A stretch of DNA of 63,751 nt, filler included, from Reticulomyxa filosa (GCA_000512085.1; 21 parts of 21 records of this genome joined end to end with filler, not necessarily neighbours in it); one strand, 5' to 3'; counted from the whole stretch's first letter, positions 12,880 to 26,634 are shown. Notes: a model not told the origin generated them from the letters alone. Translations and numbers: made by a program.

Positions 12880-13380
12880 AGCATTGGAAATGATAAATAA
12901 TGTCATTGTTATTCATTTCAACACATCAACGAAATCAAAGTGGAAGGAGAATTAACTGAATTGTTTAAAAATTTACAATTTGAAAGAAAAGATTGGATTT
13001 TGTTTTCAAAACAAGTCATACCAATGACACAACTAATTAAGTACGTGTTGAACATATTGGAGTATTGTGGTGTCAATTAAACAGATTAGTTCAATCGGAA
13101 TATTTGGATGAAAGTTCGGTCACTCCATTTATTCTACTGTTTATCAATGAGCATTACCTAATGAAATTCAACCACAAATTAAAGATATATTAAAGGCATG
13201 GCGTGAAGTAGCTTATAAACAAGAACAAATTAAACGAGATGAAAACTCTCAATTTGGTCATTTATTGGAACAAAATCTCCCCGACAATCTATTAGAATAT
13301 TTTCCAATCAGCCATTGACATGGAGTTATTGTGCTGCTGCATATCAATATGCATATGAAGAATGGAAAAAACAAGACTGA
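12880..13380 (+). pseudogene. Degraded C-terminal fragment of a large protein, weakly RNF213-C-terminus-like
   Basis: Frame-broken coding-like pieces: PNEIQPQIKDILKAWREVAY..LLEYFP..LTWSYCAAAYQYAYEEWKK. Family call is weak. Confidence 0.3.
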
Positions 13381-13824
13381 TAATCAACTTCGTTGTTTGC
13401 TAACATTAGGGGCGCCATCTTTTTCTAAAGGCAGTGCATTTACATTTTTATTATGTAAAAAAAATTAGCATCTGTGCGAATTCCTAATAAGGTCGAAGTC
13501 TACTTTTGAATTTCTGTAATTGGCTTTATCATTTAAAAACTTTTATAGCACTAATGATATTGCTTCAACAAGGACTTTAGAAAATGTTTTGCAAATGAGC
13601 GTTTTTCAAATTTTTTTATATAGAGAACACGTTCCGGTGACCAATTCTTTTAAATATTCATCCATTTTATAAAAATGTTTTAATTCAAATCCTTTATTTC
13701 AATTGCGAAATTAATTTACCATCTTACTAAAAAAGAACGTGTCAGTTTTGACCAAAAAGCGAAAGAGACCAGTAAAATTTTGATTTTTGACTCATTAAGA
13801 CAAAAACAAAAAAAGATACTTGAA

Positions 13825-14420
13825 ATGTCTTCTTGGATAGTCTTTGTTACAATTGAGTCGAAGAAATATCAAATTGAATTGACAACATTGACAATAGAAT
13901 ATTTGAGTCAACAAGTCGTCAAAGTAAGCAAGGAAGACCAACAAGGAAATATATTAGTTAAGATTACCAATGGCAACAATTGCGACGTTACAGGAGCTTA
14001 AAAAAATGGCTGAAAGTGAGCAGATCGATTTGGTTGCTTATTTTCGTCCAGGTTATTCTATTGTATGTTATTTTTTAACATATGTAAGAACTTCCGAACA
14101 AAGATGTAGCCATACAAAAAATAAGGAATCCACTTGTGCTATTGGTCAGTGCAATACAATATGAACAGCGGCCATACTTGGCAGAGGCAAAAGACGATCT
14201 CCATTTATTAAAGTCACTTTTTGAACAAAGATTTGGTTATCAGGTGTTTAGTACTTTTCCGAACAACAAATCATTAACATTGCACGATTTTACATAGCTT
14301 CATTATACAACATTGTCCGAATTTAGCAGAAAATCTTGACAAAAAGTGTTATGACGGACTGATTTTTGTGTGGTGTGGACGTGGAATTGTCAAAGATGAT
14401 GAATCTTCCAACGTTGTAAA
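13825..14420 (+). pseudogene. Caspase-like (peptidase C14 fold) pseudogene
   Basis: Pieces NPLVLLVSAIQYE..AKDDLHLLKSLFEQRFGYQV and YDGLIFVWCGRG, interrupted by frameshifts and truncated after the His-Gly-equivalent motif. Confidence 0.65.
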
Positions 14421-15219
14421 ATTCTTCAATTCAATATATATCTAAATGATAATATAAAATCTTTCAGTTGTTTTATCATAATTGATCTATCTTACTAAAG
14501 TATAATTGCGCACATTTTGAAGCGTCTTTAATCTTTGGAGCATTTTCGTTATGTTATTTTTTTACATATTATTTGTTTATTTAAATAAAATTATTTCAAG
14601 AGCAAATATTTTGTATCTTTTTCATCAGCGAAATAGATTAGTTTAACAATTTTATGATTTGTTGTACTATATTTGAACAATGTAAAAATTTTTATAATAA
14701 TTTGATTGCGTTGCTCGAAAATGTAGTACCTTAGTTAAAGAAAGAGATTATTAATTTTACCTGAACTGTACGAACGACTTACGTAATCTCAACAAACATA
14801 TAACCTTCGGCATAAAAGATGTTTGCAGAGGCAATATGGAAACAAGCAACCAACTTGTTCAAGTTTGCTACAAACACAAATTTGGATAATACAATATAAT
14901 AAGTGATGATTACGTTTGAGTATTAAGGGATTGAAATTTGAAATGCTCAGCTTTCGATGCTGACAGCTATTAAAACGTAAAGTTGTACATTTGGAAAACA
15001 GTGCTGGAGATAAACACGACATTAATAAGACAATAACTTCAAATTATGTACGTTTTTTACATAATCTGTGAAATACGTATGTTTAATTCAAAGAATATAA
15101 ATGTGTCTAACTGCAAGCTCCTAAGAAAAAAGTTGAATGTTATAAGTGGGATTAAGTGTCAATATTACTTTTGCGGGGGAAATCCTTCTTTTTTAAAGTG
15201 TAATAAATTTATTGACATA

Positions 15220-15716
15220 ATGTCTTCTCCAACTTCAGCTGAATTGTCCGGTGTGAAGCGGTATAAGAAAGGACGAAGTTTTGCGGACACGTTGTTCGGC
15301 AAACTACGTTATGGAAAAGATCTAAAGACAGATCAATGGGTTGCCAGTTACTTTTCTGCAAAAAAAACTTGGATTTATATGTTAAGAGAGAAAAGGGTGA
15401 GAAAGGGAGAAAAAGAGTTGGAACAAACAAAAAGGGGGAAAAAAAAATAAAAATAACAAAGAATGGAACAGAACAAACTTTGGAAAAATTAATTGAACAG
15501 TCAAAGAGAATCGACGATGGTTTGCTCAAAACAAAATCTCAATAAAAGGCGAACCAGTCCCAGAAGATCTCTTTCATGAAATTGAGATTCACAAATACTT
15601 GATGTCACAGCAAGACGCACCTATCCATATATTGAAGTTATTGGACGTAGTGCAAGACGATGTATTCATTTATTTGGTACTTGAATTAGTCGACGGTGGT
15701 GATTTTTTTACTTTCA
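15220..15716 (+). CDS. Ser/Thr protein kinase (CAMK-like), N-lobe, 3'-partial
   Basis: Exons 15220-15346 and 15501-15716 give RYKKGRSFADTLFG..WVAIKE..PEDLFHEIEIH..ILKLLDV..IYLVLELVDGGDFF. Confidence 0.88.
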
Positions 15717-15729
15717 GTTTTTGCTTTAT

Positions 15730-15760
<31 letters not shown>

Positions 15761-16898
15761 TTNNNNNNNNNNNNNNNNNNNNNNNNNNNNNNNNNNNNNN
15801 NNNNNNTTAATTAATTAANNNNNNNNNNNNNNNNNNNNNNNNNNNNNNNNNNNNNNNNNNNNATCGATTCTCTTCATATAGTACCATTTAGGTATGGCAG
15901 TTTTTTGTGCAATCTACTGTAGAAAATCTCATAAAAGAGAACTAAATCTTCTATTTTTTGTCTTGCTCTTTTAGTAGTTTTGATGCAGATATTTAATATT
16001 CAATTTTGAAGATAATTCAAAAACAATAAAAAGAACTTTGAGCTATTTTGTTTCCTTGAGACCTGGGTTACCTTTTTAATTACTAGTCAAAATCAAAATG
16101 AAAATACTTGTTTTTAAAATAGTTAGAAAAAAAACAAAATATCAAATAAATAAGACCAATGAAAGTAAATAATTCTTTTGTTAAAGATTTTTTAATCGTT
16201 CAAAATCTGATATCACTAAACAAAGTACATTTCACATTCATCAATTAAGAAATTGAAGAATTTTCATATACGGCAAAAGATTGCAATCTAAATATATTAA
16301 AAAAGTTTTTTGGATTTGGTGATGAAGATTGCGTTTCTTTTTTGTTTATGTAGACAAATATCAAATAAGCTTTCTTCTGTTGAAATAAATAAAAAATTAC
16401 AACTTTTGGCAATTTAGTAAGAAATTAAATAATTGCATTGGCCAACAAATAGCCAAATCAACACCAAATAATGTAAAGATGTTTAATATTATTGTAGATT
16501 TTATACAACTATTTTTTTTACATTAGCACCAATCTTTCACTACAATTACCAGAGTGTATTCTTTTTTCCAAAGATAAGTCCACTTTCAAAACGTTGTGCA
16601 GTTGCGAGAGTTTTTTCTTTTAATTAAATATAAATTCACTTTCGTTCATTTACTTAGCTTTATGTGTTAACAAAATAGGTATTTTTTAGAAGTGGTTCGT
16701 ATCGTAGTTTATAATTTAGATAACTACATATTTGATTGGTATTTAATACTTGTCAAATAAGATACTTATTAAATTCATTCAAACAAAAATAGAGGAATAT
16801 TTTCTCTTCTGCAACCAATGTCACTTTTTTGTTGTGTTCAAGGTCCTTTACCGTTTCGAAAAAGATTTTTTAATCTACATATATTTTTTCTATCTCAA

Positions 16899-17614
16899 AT
16901 GGAACAGCTTCAAGAAGCATTCAGCACAATTGAAAAAGAGATTATCTTCAACATATGGTTGTCGTGTTTGTATAACCTAGATGAAACAGCCATTATCCTG
17001 GGCTCCATCGTAGAGGACAAGTAAAGCTAACACAACATTGACAATAATTTGTTTCAGACACTCTTTTCTAAACTAATGTCAACAATACATATAATTATAG
17101 CATAACTCCACAACAACAACAAAATTTAATGAATTTATTAAAAACATTTGGCAATAAAATGGATAAAACAACTATTTTGAAAACATGGAGAAATTGCAAT
17201 CAAATTTATGTAGATACACGAGAGAAATTAGAAGATATTTGTGCAACTTCCAACTTAAATGAGTTAAGTAATGAAATATACAATATATAAAACATAAGTG
17301 TGATAAAATTTGTGAAATGATAGGTCGAAAGAGGAAAATGAATTTAAAATATTGAAAGAAATGTGCTTACATATTTTATGGAATATTTTGAAATATCCTA
17401 GACATATCAAATATCATCAAATTAACAAACAAGCTTTATACAATAATTTACTTTCAAAATGTCATATGCTAGGTGTAAATGTCAAACGAACGTTTGGAAA
17501 GGTGGAAAACCAGTTGCAATATTATAGATTTAAAAAAGGAAATGACGATAACTGGTATTATCAATATGAAAATATTCAATTATTACATCTATGGAATTGT
17601 TATAAATATTGGAT
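16899..17614 (+). CDS. PUB-like domain protein with N-terminal CUE/UBA-like helical units; partial, possibly a pseudogene
   Basis: LHILWNILKYPRHIKYHQIN..LQYYRF resembles a PUB domain; MEQLQEAFSTIEKEII..IW is CUE-like. Confidence 0.55.
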
Positions 17615-17714
17615 NNNNNNNNNNNNNNNNNNNNNNNNNNNNNNNNNNNNNNNNNNNNTTAATTAATTAANNNNNNNNNNNNNNNNNNNNNNNNNNNNNN
17701 NNNNNNNNNNNNNN

Positions 17715-19130
17715 TGTGTTGTGATAACGATGTTCGACATTGGTATGAAAGCTTAGCGTTTGGTCCCGTTTTTGGAATATTCCAAGTGTGGATCATTTCA
17801 GCAGAGACCTCTCGCAAGTCACCCTCTCGAGTGAAGCGCTGTTGTCCTTCTTGCCGTACAACAATTCCCTTCCTTTCTTTTATGTTGAGCGTCGGAAGAT
17901 ACTTACGCGTATGCGCAAAATCCCGAGACGTATACACGCATCTCAATTGTCGAATGTGATTGCCTTCCAGTGTGCGGACCACTTGTATGTAGATTTGAAC
18001 AAGTATTCAACATGTCTCCGAGAAGTTGGTATGTAAAATTGGATGAATAAAATGATGTTTTAGATATAAACATGTGGAAATGAAGAGGATCGATGACATT
18101 GCCAATTACATTGGAGCATTGGTGAATAAATATGTCACAGTTGTATTTCTTACAATGTACAATTCGACGTTGGATGTGATTAAGGTGCAAATGATCATTG
18201 ATGCATTGATCAATGCGTTGCAATTGTATTCGTTACAATTCAGCAAGAATCGATCACGTGAAAGGCATTGTAGACACCGTGTCCATCTTGTTGTAGCAGT
18301 GTGTAATGTCCAGAAAGTGAACCCTCAAAACTCGCTGTATGTTTACTTGATCGTCACCGTGTACTCCTTATTGCAAAAGTTGCGTATGAAGTTTGATTTC
18401 CTTGTCAGTAATACCTATTGGCCTTGTTCAAGGCAAAATGACCAAAGCGAGTGGGGATTATTTGTCGATCATGTCACTCATACACAGACGACGACAACAA
18501 CAACAATAACAGAAATAACACCTTACAGCTGAACGTGGATTTGTCAGTGGCACTAATGTAAGTGCCATTGGCGTGGAGCAAGTCTCTTGTGTCCGGTCAC
18601 GCGATTGATCCAGCCATTACATCAATCATTTTGTCATTGGAATTGTTTTACACTACGGTTTGTTTTTTTAAATTTAAAAAAAAAAAAAAAGTGTTGTATA
18701 ATATATACATACATATATATATGTTCATATACATACATATTTCAGAATGAAAAATCTTCATCCGCAATTCCAATCGCCACGACTGATGTCTGTGGCGCAT
18801 TTGCGATGAATCTGACCACGATATTGAAATTGGGATAGTCGTACACCGTGCCCGAATGTGTGGATTAGTACTTTGACAATTCTTTCCAATGGAGTAGTGT
18901 GGTCATTTACAGTGAAACGTCAAATTGTTTGCCGTCGAAGTGAACCAATTCAAAATCACCATCAGCATGCAAACGTCGTTCGAGCTCATCAACTTTCAAC
19001 ACAACTTGCTACATATCGACCGTCGCTATCACACTTGCTTGCTCACTCATTGTCGGATGGTTTTTCTTTCAATTCGTATGCAATCAGATTCACTTCCAAT
19101 ATTAGCTTATGCTGAAAGTATTTTTCCGTT
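17715..19130 (+). CDS. Internal multi-exon fragment of an unidentified large protein
   Basis: A series of higher-GC coding-like ORF segments separated by GT-AG introns with A-run and TA tracts. No domain recognised. Confidence 0.5.
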
Positions 19131-19973
19131 NNNNNNNNNNNNNNNNNNNNNNNNNNNNNNNNNNNNNNNNNNNNTTAATTAATTAANNNNNNNNNNNNNN
19201 NNNNNNNNNNNNNNNNNNNNNNNNNNNNNNATTGAAAATCTACTCGAAAGAGTTTATCACTTTTCGTATTACAAAGCGCAGTCTCCTTCAGCAGCAACAG
19301 CTCTTACAATAACATGAACTACTAGGCATAACACACTAACGAACTTTTCATCTTTCTTTATAGGACAACGCACAGTAATTGCAAAGGTGAGTTATTTGAG
19401 TGTAATAATCCTTTTTCCAAAAAACTTACTTTTATACTTATATGACATTTTATATTTTCTTTTTTTGGTATTATGAATATCTTGCCTGGTTAGAAAGTAT
19501 ATCAATAAACATTTGTGGAAAAAGCTTTTGATATTACGTGTTGACAGTAGATGTTATTATGAGTTTTTTTGTTTTTATCTTCTATTTAATTTATTTTGGG
19601 ATGAAAAGTCGTTATTTTCATTGAGCAATTTTCTATAGAAATAAAAATGATGTAACAACAGAGCCACAGTATGATTTTTTTATGTACGATATAACCATGT
19701 ACATTGAAATGCCGCCCATTTTATGTATTTATTTGATTGATTTGCGAGTAATATATACTTTTCCCTTTCCCACGTGACAGTGTCTCTTTTCATCACGCAA
19801 AAAAAACAAGCTGAAAAGATGACAAAAAAACACGCATGGCAATCCATTAACATCCTTCACAAGCAAACACAACACGATAACGCAATCCAGTTACACAACT
19901 CATAGTGCAAAACACAGCACTATTGACACACATATCCAACTCCTGGAAACACAACCAGGTGTTGCAAAAAAAA

Positions 19974-22746
19974 TTAAGCAATTCGTGCAGTTTGGCTGTC
20001 CAACTGAGGAATAGTGGTTGGTTCTGCCAGTTCCAAAGCAATTGTTTCTGCTTTTAAAGCCAAACTGATTCGTCCAATGGGCTGGCTAATTTCGAACCCT
20101 TTCTTGATTTTATTTAATGGGTGATCACTTATAGAAAATTTGTAGGGGTCCCATTGAACAATTGTCTCTTTTTCTTTAGTTGTCAATGGTCTTTCCAAGT
20201 CACTAAGAGCTAAACCACTGAAACTATTCAATCAAAATATTACATTCAGTTTATTAAAGATATGCCACACAATTTTTTTCAAATTAAAAAAACCAACTTG
20301 ATGAGATTTTTTCCGTTTTTGTCAATGTAATCGAAAGGAGACAAAGGATCAATTCCAAGTTGATTGCAAAGACGAACTCGCGCGTAAATGTCCATATGAG
20401 CATGGAAGACACTATGAAAGAAATGGTTAACTCCAATTAGTCCAACTAAATGGCTTCGTTTAATGATTTTCATCACTGGATACTTGACTCCGGTCAAAAT
20501 AAGTACAATTTGATTTTGATGCAAGTACTTGGCAATTATATCCAACGCAAGAACACCTGAGCTATCGAGGTCATTCATGGCATGGCAATCCAGCATAAAG
20601 TAATATAATGGTTTTGTATGTCGACGATTTCTTGCGACTAACACTTGCACGGCTCGTTTCAAATAGTTACAGTTTCCAAAATATAGAGCGCCATCTACGC
20701 GAAATATAAGAATTCCATTTGTCGTGATTGCATCAGGCCAAGTTGTGATGCCTCCATAGGTGGTCGAATGTGCGACTCTTCCCATCACCGAACAATGAGG
20801 CTTACTCGTTCTTTGCAATAGCAATACCACAGATAAAGCAAATCCAACTTCAATCCCTTGGAATATCCCCCACACTGCAGTGCATACTAATGTTACAAAA
20901 ACAATGTACGAATCTCTAGTATCAATTTTCGCCAGTTCTTTCATTTTTTCAAAAGGGAACATGCCAATGCAAGCATTCCACACAATTCCCGCTAGCACAC
21001 TTCGAGGTAACCAATAAATTAATCGAGGCAGTCCACTGATTAATATCATTGCTAGCATCACTATGGACGCGGCAACCCAATTGAAGATAAGGGTATTTGC
21101 ACCTCCTTGTTCTATAAATCAAATATCAATAAACAAATAACTTCCCTTTTTTTAAACTCCCTATCCTCTTGTACCCTTTTTCTTTTTTTTGCAAAGGCAT
21201 CGAAAAGAAGACCTGCTAAAGGCGCATGGACAATAACACCACCAGCAGGGTAAATTCCAAACAAAGAACCAATGAGGTTGACAATGCCATGGGCGTACAG
21301 CTCTCGATTCGGGATTAAATCGTACTCAAACTTGACCGCATAGCTCCCAGCCACTGAAAAAAAGGCGGTAAACTCGACCACACACATGGACACAGTTTCC
21401 AACAAAAATGTATTTGGATATTTGGAAAGCAGGCTTGTATCAACATCAATTCGATCTGGAAATTTTAACTCGACCACCCCAACAATTTCTGGCGCCTTAT
21501 GTGTTCCCTTGTTCCAATGTCCGTTGGTGGCATGATGCAAAAATCTGCCCCCATAATTAATCAACGTAAAGAAAATAATCACTGCTAATGTCATTGGCAT
21601 TGTCTTCATCATTGACGAATATTTCCAAGTGGGCCATTTCTTTGGGATAACTTTGAATGACAACAGCAAAAATAATGTCGAAATGGTACAAGCGAATGCC
21701 CGCCAATTCGTTTCATCCAAATACTTTAACAGTTTCAAGTTGGATATCGTATCAGTTCCGTGTCCCGCTAATGCAAAACAATATTTAATTTGTGACGATG
21801 CGATTTGCAACGCTGCTCCTCCTGTAAATCCTAACAGGACTGGATACGCCAAAAATGATGCCACAAATCCAAGACCGAATATTGCCAATGCCGTATAAAA
21901 TATGCCTTTTTTTAATTTGTGTTTTATTTTATTTTATTTTTGGCTGTTTCAAAAAAAACAAGCAAACCTGCCGCAAAAGCCAACGTTTTGACTTGTGTTG
22001 TATATTCTGCTAAAGTGTTGTGGGAATTGTTAGCCGGTACAAAATCCACCAAGATTGCTGCTGTCAAAATTGTCGTCAGTGAGCTGCATCCAATCGTCAG
22101 ATGGCGAGCAGTTCCTAAAAGTGGATACAAGCTCAGTCCGATACATGCCGTGTACAATCCCAACGACGGGCTTACTCCAATAACGCCAGTATACGCTGTT
22201 TAAATTAAAAAAATACGTACACAAAAATTCTTCAGAGGAAAGAAAAAAGGGAATTCACTAAGCAAGCACTTATACGTATGTAAAAGTGCACAATTTTTTT
22301 AATAATTCCTTACCTATCGCCTGTGGTATTGCCATCCCAACAACCATCAAACCACTTTTAATGTCCCCTTTCAACCATTCGCGATTGTAATTCCTTATCC
22401 ATGTTTTGATGTAGAATATCCACAGTAATTTTTCATAAACTTGTTTTGGTCCAAACTTCCATTCTTCATCTTCGTCCTATAATCCAACGAAATAGTCCCA
22501 TATTTACAAAAGTTGTTTCTTTTTGTTTTATTAAATATAACTTACCTTAGTCAGCTCATAATCAGGGTGCAGAATGGTGGCAATGTCGTGCTTTTCAGTA
22601 TTGTTATTGTTTTCACCTTCATGGTCAGAAAGGTGTTGTTCCTCGGAAAGGTGTTGGTCCTCGGAAAGATGTTGTGCCTCGGAAAGATGTTGTTCCTCAC
22701 GAATATGTTGTGCAGTAATGTGATCAGTTTCTTTGGTGTCTTCCAT
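19974..22746 (-). CDS. SLC26/SulP anion transporter with STAS domain, ~6 exons
   Basis: Motifs: WLKGDIKSGLMVVGMAIPQAI|AY..GLYTAC..YPLLGTARHL.IG, PVLLGFTGGAA, NRELYAHGIVNLIGS, LLLQRTSKP, ILIFRVDGALYFGN, LDCHAMNDLDSSG. Confidence 0.95.
22623..22712 (-). repeat. Coding 18-bp tandem repeat (HLSE[A/D/E]Q) in the SulP N-terminus
   Basis: Translates HIREEQ-HLSEAQ-HLSEDQ-HLSEEQ-HLSDH. Confidence 0.8.
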
Positions 22747-23178
22747 TGTGGATTTTTGTGAACAATCTCAGAAAAAGAAAACAATAAATACGACACCACG
22801 CCCTATTTTTAAAACTAGTTGGTTAGCTAGTACACTTACACGAACTTAAAATAACTGAAAACTTTATATACAGTTAAAAATATAAGTTTAAACGTTTTCA
22901 ATTCTGTTCAAGTTTAACAAAATAAGTAACAATTACAAGATCTTGCAAACATACGATATTTCACTTCTTGGGGTAGTTCTCACTTTCCAGGGGGAAAAAA
23001 AAGAGAATGAAGCTATGATCACATTATAAAAAGTAATGAATTTTTTTATATTTATGGTACTATTTAGACGTGATCGTGTTTGTGAACAAACAGCTTTAGC
23101 AAGTGTATTTTAAAAGTTTCCCCGCAGGCTCGTCATCCATTTAAAAAGTGGCTGGAGATATATTCATCTTTCCTGAAA

Positions 23179-23981
23179 ATGCTTGCAATTCATATTCTGT
23201 TGTCATTACTGACTATTTGTAGTAAAGTTGAGTATCTTTGCTGTGTTTGTTGTGCTGTTGCGTCAAGAAAAATGTCAACACACCTACAACTAAAAAAAGG
23301 CAAATGAAGTATTTGAAGACACAAGTAAGTCATCTTAAAACATTTTTTTCCTTTTCCTCTTATTTGTGAAAACACGAGTACAAACAACATAACGAACTGA
23401 AAAAAAAAGTGGAAACAACATTGGTGTGGCAGTTGATCAGTAGTGGCAATAATCAACAGTTACATCAATTCTTTATTGAAAATCCAGCAGTAATGTCCAT
23501 TCGAAGCGCAGATGGCCGTGGAGCTTTATGGTGGGCATGGGAATACGAAAACGCCAATGCATTGGCAATACTTGCGGTTCATGGCATTGACTTACATTAC
23601 GCCAAAACGGACAGCGGTGGAAAGAAACCTTTTGATTTATGCAAAAATGTTTAGTGTCCCTTTCCCCGTTTTTTCAATAAATTTATTGCTTTTTTTAAAA
23701 TTGGAACGATTGAAATCGTCATCTTCAAAAACAATGAAAAATAGTACCAAAAAGTTTTGAAAGAAGCCCAAGATCTGATTGAAGCAAAAAAACTTGAAAA
23801 ACGTCAAATTGAAGAACAGATCCAACGAGAAAAAGAAATGCAGTACTTTGAAAATTCCATTCCTGATGAAGACGATGAAGATGATGATGATTTGTCTTCA
23901 AGTTCGAATGATGATGACAAGGTCCAAAATTCCAACAGTCGCACATCAAACGATGCAGAAGATTTTCAAGACGAATTGTAA
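23179..23981 (+). CDS. Signal-peptide ankyrin-repeat protein with acidic tail and C-terminal QDEL, 4 exons
   Basis: Exons 23179-23226, 23300-23324, 23410-23648 and 23745-23981 join in frame: MLAIHILLSLLTICSKA..FEDTMETTLVWQLIS..RSADGRGALWWAWEY..DSGGKKPFDL..FQDEL*. Confidence 0.75.
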
Positions 23982-24853
23982 TACATTTATGTGGTCACGA
24001 AAGAACTAATTAATAAATTTAAAACAAAAATAAAATTTTGTTGGTGTTGGTTGTAAATCGGTTACAAATCAAATTCATGAGATTTATTCATTGCTTTTTT
24101 TTTTCTTTCTTGACAAATTGGATTATTGCCATTTTAAAATCACGACCACTTTTAAAAAGTGACATAGCAAAATTTGTAGAGAATAAAATTCATTTGGTTC
24201 AAACTTTCTGTAATAAATCGAGGTCTTCCGAACAGGAGTTTAACTGTAAAAACAGAGGCTTAAAAATTTGCAGCACAACATCAAAAATTAAAATGTTGAT
24301 GTGAAGAAATTTTTTTGTGCCAGAAGTCACAATTCTTGGTTTCTATTAAGAATGAACTTTCTTACATACTTGATGCGTTACTTTTGTTGAAAAAATATAT
24401 TGAGCACAGCCCAAAACAAGTATTTTTGTTAATCAATTTCACAACCAAAGTAGAAAGAAGGAATAGTATTAGTTAAAAAACGTAAAACAACTTAAAAAAA
24501 TCCTTATATATTGAAAACTTACAATTTAGCTTTGTTTATCAAAGAAATTATTTTATTTCCAAATTACAACAATAATTGACAGAAAAGATAGTATAATTGA
24601 AAGATCAGGAGTCAATAAATGAAAATTGTAAGTATTTTTAGAAAAATTAGAATAATATAGTTCTGGAGAAAGATTGAGAAGGAATACAAGATAGAATAAG
24701 TAGAAACGACTGATAAATTTGTTTACTTCAAATGTGTAAATCAAACCAAACAGAAATATTGAATAATGTTGATTTTTTGGTGTTATGCAAAAATTGAAAT
24801 ATTGGATTCAATCGCAAAGATAATGTCATGTGTCATTTTGTACTGATTCATTA

Positions 24854-25207
24854 TTAAACTTTTGCCTTTTTAGAAGGCGTTGAATTATTGTCGCATTCAT
24901 GACTTTGATCTGTTGACTGCATTTCCTCTAAATTTCTCACGGTTGGTGTACGCGATTGTGTGGCATTTTGTTGAATTGCAATGTGATGAGGGAGTTGAAA
25001 TTCCACACAATACATATATTTATTTGCTGAAACATTTCTCACAAATCGAATATTTCTTTTTAAATTTGGTGTTTCGCCTAAAAACTTTTTCAGTCTATCA
25101 TCAATACTTTCTTCAAATGCATTGGAAGGTGCAAAACAATAACAATGAATTACAGGTAAGCCATATATTTCGACTTCTTTTTCAGTATAACTTCCAGCAA
25201 ACATATC
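24854..25207 (-). CDS. TRM5: tRNA (guanine-37-N1)-methyltransferase, last exon
   Basis: LPVIHCYCF...IRFVRNVSANKYMYCVEFQLP matches the Trm5 C-terminal motif. Confidence 0.8.
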   Translation of the reverse strand, partial: DMFAGSYTEKEVEIYGLPVIHCYCFAPSNAFEESIDDRLKKFLGETPNLKRNIRFVRNVSANKYMYCVEFQLPHHIAIQQNATQSRTPTVRNLEEMQSTDQSHECDNNSTPSKKAKV

Positions 25208-25364
25208 TTTTTTTAAAAAAAAGAATATATTTTTAGTTTGACAAAAGAGCAATGAAAAAAAAGANNNNNNNNNNNNNNNNNNNNNNNNNNNNNNNNNNNN
25301 NNNNNNNNTTAATTAATTAANNNNNNNNNNNNNNNNNNNNNNNNNNNNNNNNNNNNNNNNNNNN

Positions 25365-25402
25365 ATATGTTTTAGGCGTTCAGTTTTCTTTGCAACATAC
25401 TG
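25365..25402. mobile_element. Tc1/mariner-superfamily-like TIR end, copy 1
   Basis: Minus strand reads TA|CAGTATGTTGCAAAGAAAACTGAACGCCTAAAAC. It interrupts the NACHT frame and the contig ends inside it. Confidence 0.6.
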
Positions 25403-26235
25403 TATTTCCAGGTCTAATTTACCCCAATCGATTTCATTTTCATTTTGATATTGCAAATCTGATTCAATTGCAATTAAGTTTCCTTGATAAAACATTTCAA
25501 ATCCTAAATCAATACAATACCTTTTTAATGTTGATTTGACTTTATTGATATTCATTTGTATCCTTAATTCTGCCAATTTAGAAATAATATTTTGACAATG
25601 AATATCAATCCATTGATCATTGAATACTTCATACACATGCGCTTTTGAAATTCTGCTTCCTACATCATATTGTTTCACCAATAATGGCAACACAGTTAAA
25701 ATGAGTTGAAGAAGAAATGGCTCTTCTACCATTTTCTGTAAATTTGGGTAATTGTTCAATGTTTCTTTATATTTTGTTGGTGTCCAATCACTATTTTCGT
25801 CCTTCTTCTTATTTTTGGATTGAATTGTAGCAAATTTTTCAATATAATTATGCATTTATTGTTTTGTAAATGGCCATAAATACATCATCAATGTTTGTCT
25901 TTGTGTTACGTCAATTAAAGTAGTTTGGATATCTTCTTCGCTTAATACCTTGCTTCTACAAGTAACGACGACTTTTGCATTCCATTGATCTAAGTTAAAA
26001 CGATCATAAAAATATTTGTTATTTTCATTTTTACGATAAAAGTCGAATACTCAAATCCATCCATAATGAATACAAACGATACCTTTTCACGAATTGCATC
26101 CATAATTTCTTTAGTGATATGTTTACCTTGTAATGATTGCAAAATAATATCTCTTTCATTATTTTTGTTATAAACCTTTGGAAATGAAATGTAAACTGGG
26201 AGCAGTTGTTTTGAATTAGAGATATAATTACTCAA
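25403..26235 (-). pseudogene. NACHT (STAND NTPase) pseudogene
   Basis: Motifs LPVYISFPK, Walker B FIMDGF(DE), KVVVTCRS and MVEEPFLLQLIL. Frameshift right after MDGF, in-frame TAA before MHNYIEKF, and no Walker A. Confidence 0.8.
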
Positions 26236-26634
26236 TAAAATGAAGGAAACTTGAATGATTGATCACTTTTGAACCAAGCATTTAAGAGAAACAACAATAT
26301 AACACCAAAGTGGTAACCTTATTATTGAATACTCTATATCGTATTAAATGATTTTTCAATAATTTTATCTCTTGAAGGCTGCAGATATGATATCGGCCTT
26401 GAAGAAGGGCGTAAATACTTTTTCCTGTTGTGTGTGTCGGTGCACGAATAGTTTATACTTTTTTTTCCTACTATAACATGTATAAGCAAAAGAAATTGTG
26501 AAAATTAAATGATACCGTGTAAAAATAAGAAAACTAAGTTGAAGCAAAAAGATCGCCTCTTAAAATTTTTTTTAGCGAGGTATAAAAAGGGACACAAAAT
26601 TCTAGCGTTGATCTAAATCTAAATATTCGGGAAA

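Noticed and set aside
25856-25858. In-frame TAA in NACHT (and at 49798) as TAA-to-Gln reassignment
   Set aside because: Intact genes here end in TAA or TAG, and both loci also carry frameshifts. Pseudogenisation is the simpler explanation.
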